DNA of 64,000 bases from Escherichia coli (lineage in GTDB: Bacteria > Pseudomonadota > Gammaproteobacteria > Enterobacterales > Enterobacteriaceae), in NCBI RefSeq assembly GCF_003019035.1, contig NZ_CP027447.1; one strand, 5' to 3'. Positions 61,038 through 64,000 of the stretch are shown here, piece after piece (within the stretch, counting starts at the first letter, position 1; each line of letters opens with the position of its first letter). The notes under the pieces are model-generated. The model did no database searches and was not told the DNA's origin. It worked only from the letters and a program-made list of their open reading frames with translations. A program made the position numbers and the translations under genes.

Positions 61038-64000
61038 TAACAACCTGCGTCTGCAGGTCATTCTTAATGCGGTTGACAAGCTCACCCGCCCATTTCGATC
61101 TGCGCAGGCCAGTTCAAGAGAACTGGCTGCTGCTGTCAAAAAATCCCGCGATGCAATAAAGCAGCTTGATCAGGCCGGGAGCAGTCTGGACAGCTTCCGA
61201 AAGCTGCAGGCAGAAAATCAGAAATTAGGCGACAGGCTGAACTATGCCCGCCAGCGTGCAAATTTGCTCAGTCAGGAACTGGGAGCGATGGGGCCGCCTT
61301 CGCAACGTCAGGTTGTTGCTCTGGGCCGTCAACGGCTGGCTGTTCAGCGCCTGGAAGAACGCCAGAAAAAGCTGCAGCAGCAGACGGCGCTTGTGCGTGC
61401 TGAACTGTACCGGGCGGGAATTTCTGCGAAAGACGATGCGGGAGCAACTGCCCGTTTAGCCCGTGAAACATCACGTTATAACCAGGAACTTTCGAAACAG
61501 GAGGCGCGGCTGAAGCGACTGGGGGAAGCTCAGCGCAGGATGAATGCAGCGCGTGCCAGTTATGCCCGTTCGCTGGAGGTGCGTGATCGTATTGCAGGTG
61601 CCGGAGCCACCACCACGGCTGCAGGGCTGGCAATGGGTGCGCCAGTGATGGCGGCAGTAAAAAGCTATACCAGCATGGAAGATGCCATGAAAGGTGTGGC
61701 AAAGCAGGTCAATGGTCTGCGTGACGATAATGGCAACCGCACTGCACGTTTTTATGAAATGCAGGATGCCATCAAGGCTGCCAGCGAACAGTTGCCGATG
61801 GAAAACGGTGCGGTGGACTTCGCTGCACTGGTTGAAGGTGGTGCGCGCATGAACGTCGCAAACCCTGACGACAGCTGGGAAGATCAGAAACGTGACCTGC
61901 TGGCCTTCGCCAGTACGGCAGCAAAGGCGGCAACAGCCTTTGAGCTGCCAGCGGATGAACTGTCAGAAAGTCTGGGGAAAATCGCCCAGCTCTACAAAAT
62001 CCCCACCCGCAATATTGAACAGCTCGGTGATGCGCTGAACTATCTGGATGATAACGCCATGTCGAAAGGGGCAGACATCATTGATGTGATGCAACGTCTG
62101 GGCGGTGTGGCTGACCGTCTGGATTATCGTAAAGCGGCGGCGCTGGGTTCCACCTTCCTGACACTGGGCGCTGCGCCAGAGGTTGCAGCCAGTGCAGCAA
62201 ACGCGATGGTGCGTGAATTGTCCATTGCCACCATGCAAAGCAAGAGTTTCTTTGAAGGGATGAATCTGCTGAAACTCAATCCTGAAGTGATTGAAAAGCA
62301 GATGACGAAGGATGCGATGGGAACCATCCAGCGCGTGCTGGAGAAGGTAAACGCGCTGCCGCAGGACAAGCGCCTGTCTGCCATGACTATGTTGTTTGGT
62401 AAAGAGTTTGGCGATGACGCGGCGAAACTGGCAAACAACCTGCCGGAACTGCAGCGTCAGTTAAAACTGACAGCGGGCAATGATGCGCTTGGCTCCATGC
62501 AGAAAGAATCCGACATTAACAAGGATTCACTTTCTGCGCAGTGGTTGCTGGTCAAAACCGGAGCGCAGAACACCTTCAGCAGCCTGGGCGAAACGCTGCG
62601 CCAGCCGCTGATGGATATTCTGTACACGGTGAAAAGCGTCACGGGGGCGTTGCGTCGCTGGGTGGAAGCTAACCCGGAACTGACAGGCACACTGATGAAA
62701 GCATCGGCTGTTGTGGCTGCGGTTACCGTCGGCCTCGGCACCTTAGCGGTGGCGCTGGCTGCAGTGCTGGGGCCGCTGGCAGTGATCCGTCTGGGATTCT
62801 CTGTGTTGGGTATCAAAACGTTATCTTCCGTTACGGCAGCAGTAACCCGAACCAGCAGCGCGTTGTCCTGGCTGGCTGGCGCACCACTGGCACTGCTGCG
62901 ACGCGGGCTTGCTTCATCGGGCAACGCCGCAGGTTTACTTACTGCGCCGTTGTCGTCTTTGCGCCGCACGGCATCACTGACGGGAAATGTCCTGAAAACT
63001 GTAGCAGGTGCGCCGGTTGCATTTTTGCGGTCTGGATTATCCGGTTTACGTGCTGTTGCTGTGATGTTTATGAATCCTCTGGCGGTACTGCGCGGTGGAC
63101 TGGCCGCCGCAGGCACGGTGCTGCGAGTACTGGCATCTGGTCCACTGGCGATGCTGCGCGTTGCCCTGTATGTCATATCTGGTCTGTTAGGTGCTCTGCT
63201 CAGTCCGATAGGTCTTGTGGTTACTGCACTGGCGGGCGTGGCGCTGGTTGTCTGGAAATACTGGCAACCCATCACCGCATTTCTCGGTGGCGTGGTGGAA
63301 GGATTCAAAGCGGCGGCAGGTCCCATCAGTGCAGCGTTCGAACCGCTTAAGCCCGTGTTCCAGTGGATTGGCGACAAAGTGCAGGCGCTGTGGGGCTGGT
63401 TTACTGATCTGCTGACGCCCGTTAAGTCGACCTCTGCCGAACTGCAGAGCGCAGCGGCAATGGGGCGGCGATTCGGGGAGGCACTGGCGGAAGGGCTGAA
63501 TATGGTCATGCATCCGCTGGACTCCCTGAAATCCGGCGTTTCCTGGTTGCTGGAGAAGCTCGGCATTGTCAGTAAAGAGGCCGCAAAGGCAAAACTGCCG
63601 GAAAGCGTGACGCGTCAGCAACCTGCGACGGTGAATGCAGACGGTAAAGTGATGATGCCATCGGGTGGTTTTCCATCATGGGGATATGGCTTTGCGGGGA
63701 TGTATGACAGCGGCGGGTATATCCCGCGCGGGCAGTTTGGCATCGTCGGTGAAAACGGGCCGGAAATTGTTAACGGCCCGGCAAATGTGACCAGCCGGAG
63801 AAATACAGCTGCACTGGCTGCCGTTGTTGCCGGAATGATGGGCGTTGCTGCCGCGCCAGCAGAGCTTCCACCGTTGCACCCCTTGGCACTTCCCGCGAAA
63901 GGTGGAGAAGCAATTGTGAGTCGCGCAGCCACTGTGCCGCTCGTTCAACGGATTGAGGCACCGACGCAGATCATCATTCAGACGCAGCCAGGACAAAGTG
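61030..64000 (+). CDS. Tail tape measure protein (P2 gpT-like), 3' end beyond window
   Basis: ATG at 61030 (MSDNNLRLQVILNAV); frame open to the window end (>980 codons); Ala/Leu-rich repetitive middle; absent from the ORF track because no stop lies in the window. Confidence 0.8.
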   Translation, partial: MSDNNLRLQVILNAVDKLTRPFRSAQASSRELAAAVKKSRDAIKQLDQAGSSLDSFRKLQAENQKLGDRLNYARQRANLLSQELGAMGPPSQRQVVALGRQRLAVQRLEERQKKLQQQTALVRAELYRAGISAKDDAGATARLARETSRYNQELSKQEARLKRLGEAQRRMNAARASYARSLEVRDRIAGAGATTTAAGLAMGAPVMAAVKSYTSMEDAMKGVAKQVNGLRDDNGNRTARFYEMQDAIKAASEQLPMENGAVDFAALVEGGARMNVANPDDSWEDQKRDLLAFASTAAKAATAFELPADELSESLGKIAQLYKIPTRNIEQLGDALNYLDDNAMSKGADIIDVMQRLGGVADRLDYRKAAALGSTFLTLGAAPEVAASAANAMVRELSIATMQSKSFFEGMNLLKLNPEVIEKQMTKDAMGTIQRVLEKVNALPQDKRLSAMTMLFGKEFGDDAAKLANNLPELQRQLKLTAGNDALGSMQKESDINKDSLSAQWLLVKTGAQNTFSSLGETLRQPLMDILYTVKSVTGALRRWVEANPELTGTLMKASAVVAAVTVGLGTLAVALAAVLGPLAVIRLGFSVLGIKTLSSVTAAVTRTSSALSWLAGAPLALLRRGLASSGNAAGLLTAPLSSLRRTASLTGNVLKTVAGAPVAFLRSGLSGLRAVAVMFMNPLAVLRGGLAAAGTVLRVLASGPLAMLRVALYVISGLLGALLSPIGLVVTALAGVALVVWKYWQPITAFLGGVVEGFKAAAGPISAAFEPLKPVFQWIGDKVQALWGWFTDLLTPVKSTSAELQSAAAMGRRFGEALAEGLNMVMHPLDSLKSGVSWLLEKLGIVSKEAAKAKLPESVTRQQPATVNADGKVMMPSGGFPSWGYGFAGMYDSGGYIPRGQFGIVGENGPEIVNGPANVTSRRNTAALAAVVAGMMGVAAAPAELPPLHPLALPAKGGEAIVSRAATVPLVQRIEAPTQIIIQTQPGQS

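Larger units (their letters stand above)
30860..64000. mobile_element. P2/186-family prophage; integrase-proximal junction at ~30860-30963, distal end beyond window
   Basis: Contiguous gene order int-CI-Apl-CII-Fil-Dam-A followed by Q-P-O-N-M-L-X-lysis-R-S-V-W-J-I-H-G-FI-FII-E-T, starting right after core gene rcdA. Confidence 0.92.

Noticed and set aside
60049-61139. Minus-strand ORFs of 194 and 169 aa
   Set aside because: Antisense to the tail tube, E and the start of the tape measure gene; no independent support.
62457-63566. 369-aa minus-strand ORF rich in Ala/Ser/Thr/Pro
   Set aside because: Mirror frame of the repetitive Ala/Leu-rich tape measure gene; low-complexity artefact.
1-64000. 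CRISPR arrays, tRNA or rRNA genes
   Set aside because: No regularly spaced direct repeats and no tRNA/rRNA-like sequence noticed on reading; a dedicated tRNA scan could still find something I missed.

Overview
This window looks like an Escherichia coli chromosome segment: about 30.9 kb of conserved core genes followed by a P2/186-family prophage that runs from ~30.86 kb to the window end. All calls are from reading the sequence and ORF track and from recalled protein families; no database search or computation was run. The core is ybiU (partial), ybiV, ybiW, ybiY, fsaA, moeB, moeA, iaaA, gsiABCD, pdeI, dgcI, rimO, bssR, yliI, gstB, dacC, deoR, ybjG, mdfA, ybjH, ybjI, ybjJ and rcdA, with a small toxin-antitoxin pair inserted between dgcI and rimO. 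The prophage has a 186-like early region (int, CI, Apl, CII, Fil-like, Dam methylase, HUH replication protein A) and P2-like late genes (portal Q through tape measure T, which is cut by the window end). The most interesting content is prophage cargo at three recognisable P2 variable positions. (1) Between A and Q: an SOS-box-controlled small-protein/DinI operon, a divergent acidic small protein and a 550-aa KAP-family P-loop NTPase, which I consider the best candidate for an undescribed single-gene anti-phage system. (2) Between tail genes S and V: an AT-rich two-gene ABC-ATPase plus DUF4435/TOPRIM cassette resembling PARIS (AriA/AriB), whose insertion appears to have rewritten the 3' end of S. 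(3) Between G and FI: a membrane acyltransferase next to a decayed serine-invertase gene. In the core, a 14-bp palindrome CTTTCGAATGAAAG recurs in three promoter regions of the ybiU-ybiV-ybiWY-fsaA cluster. No rRNA, tRNA or CRISPR array was recognised.
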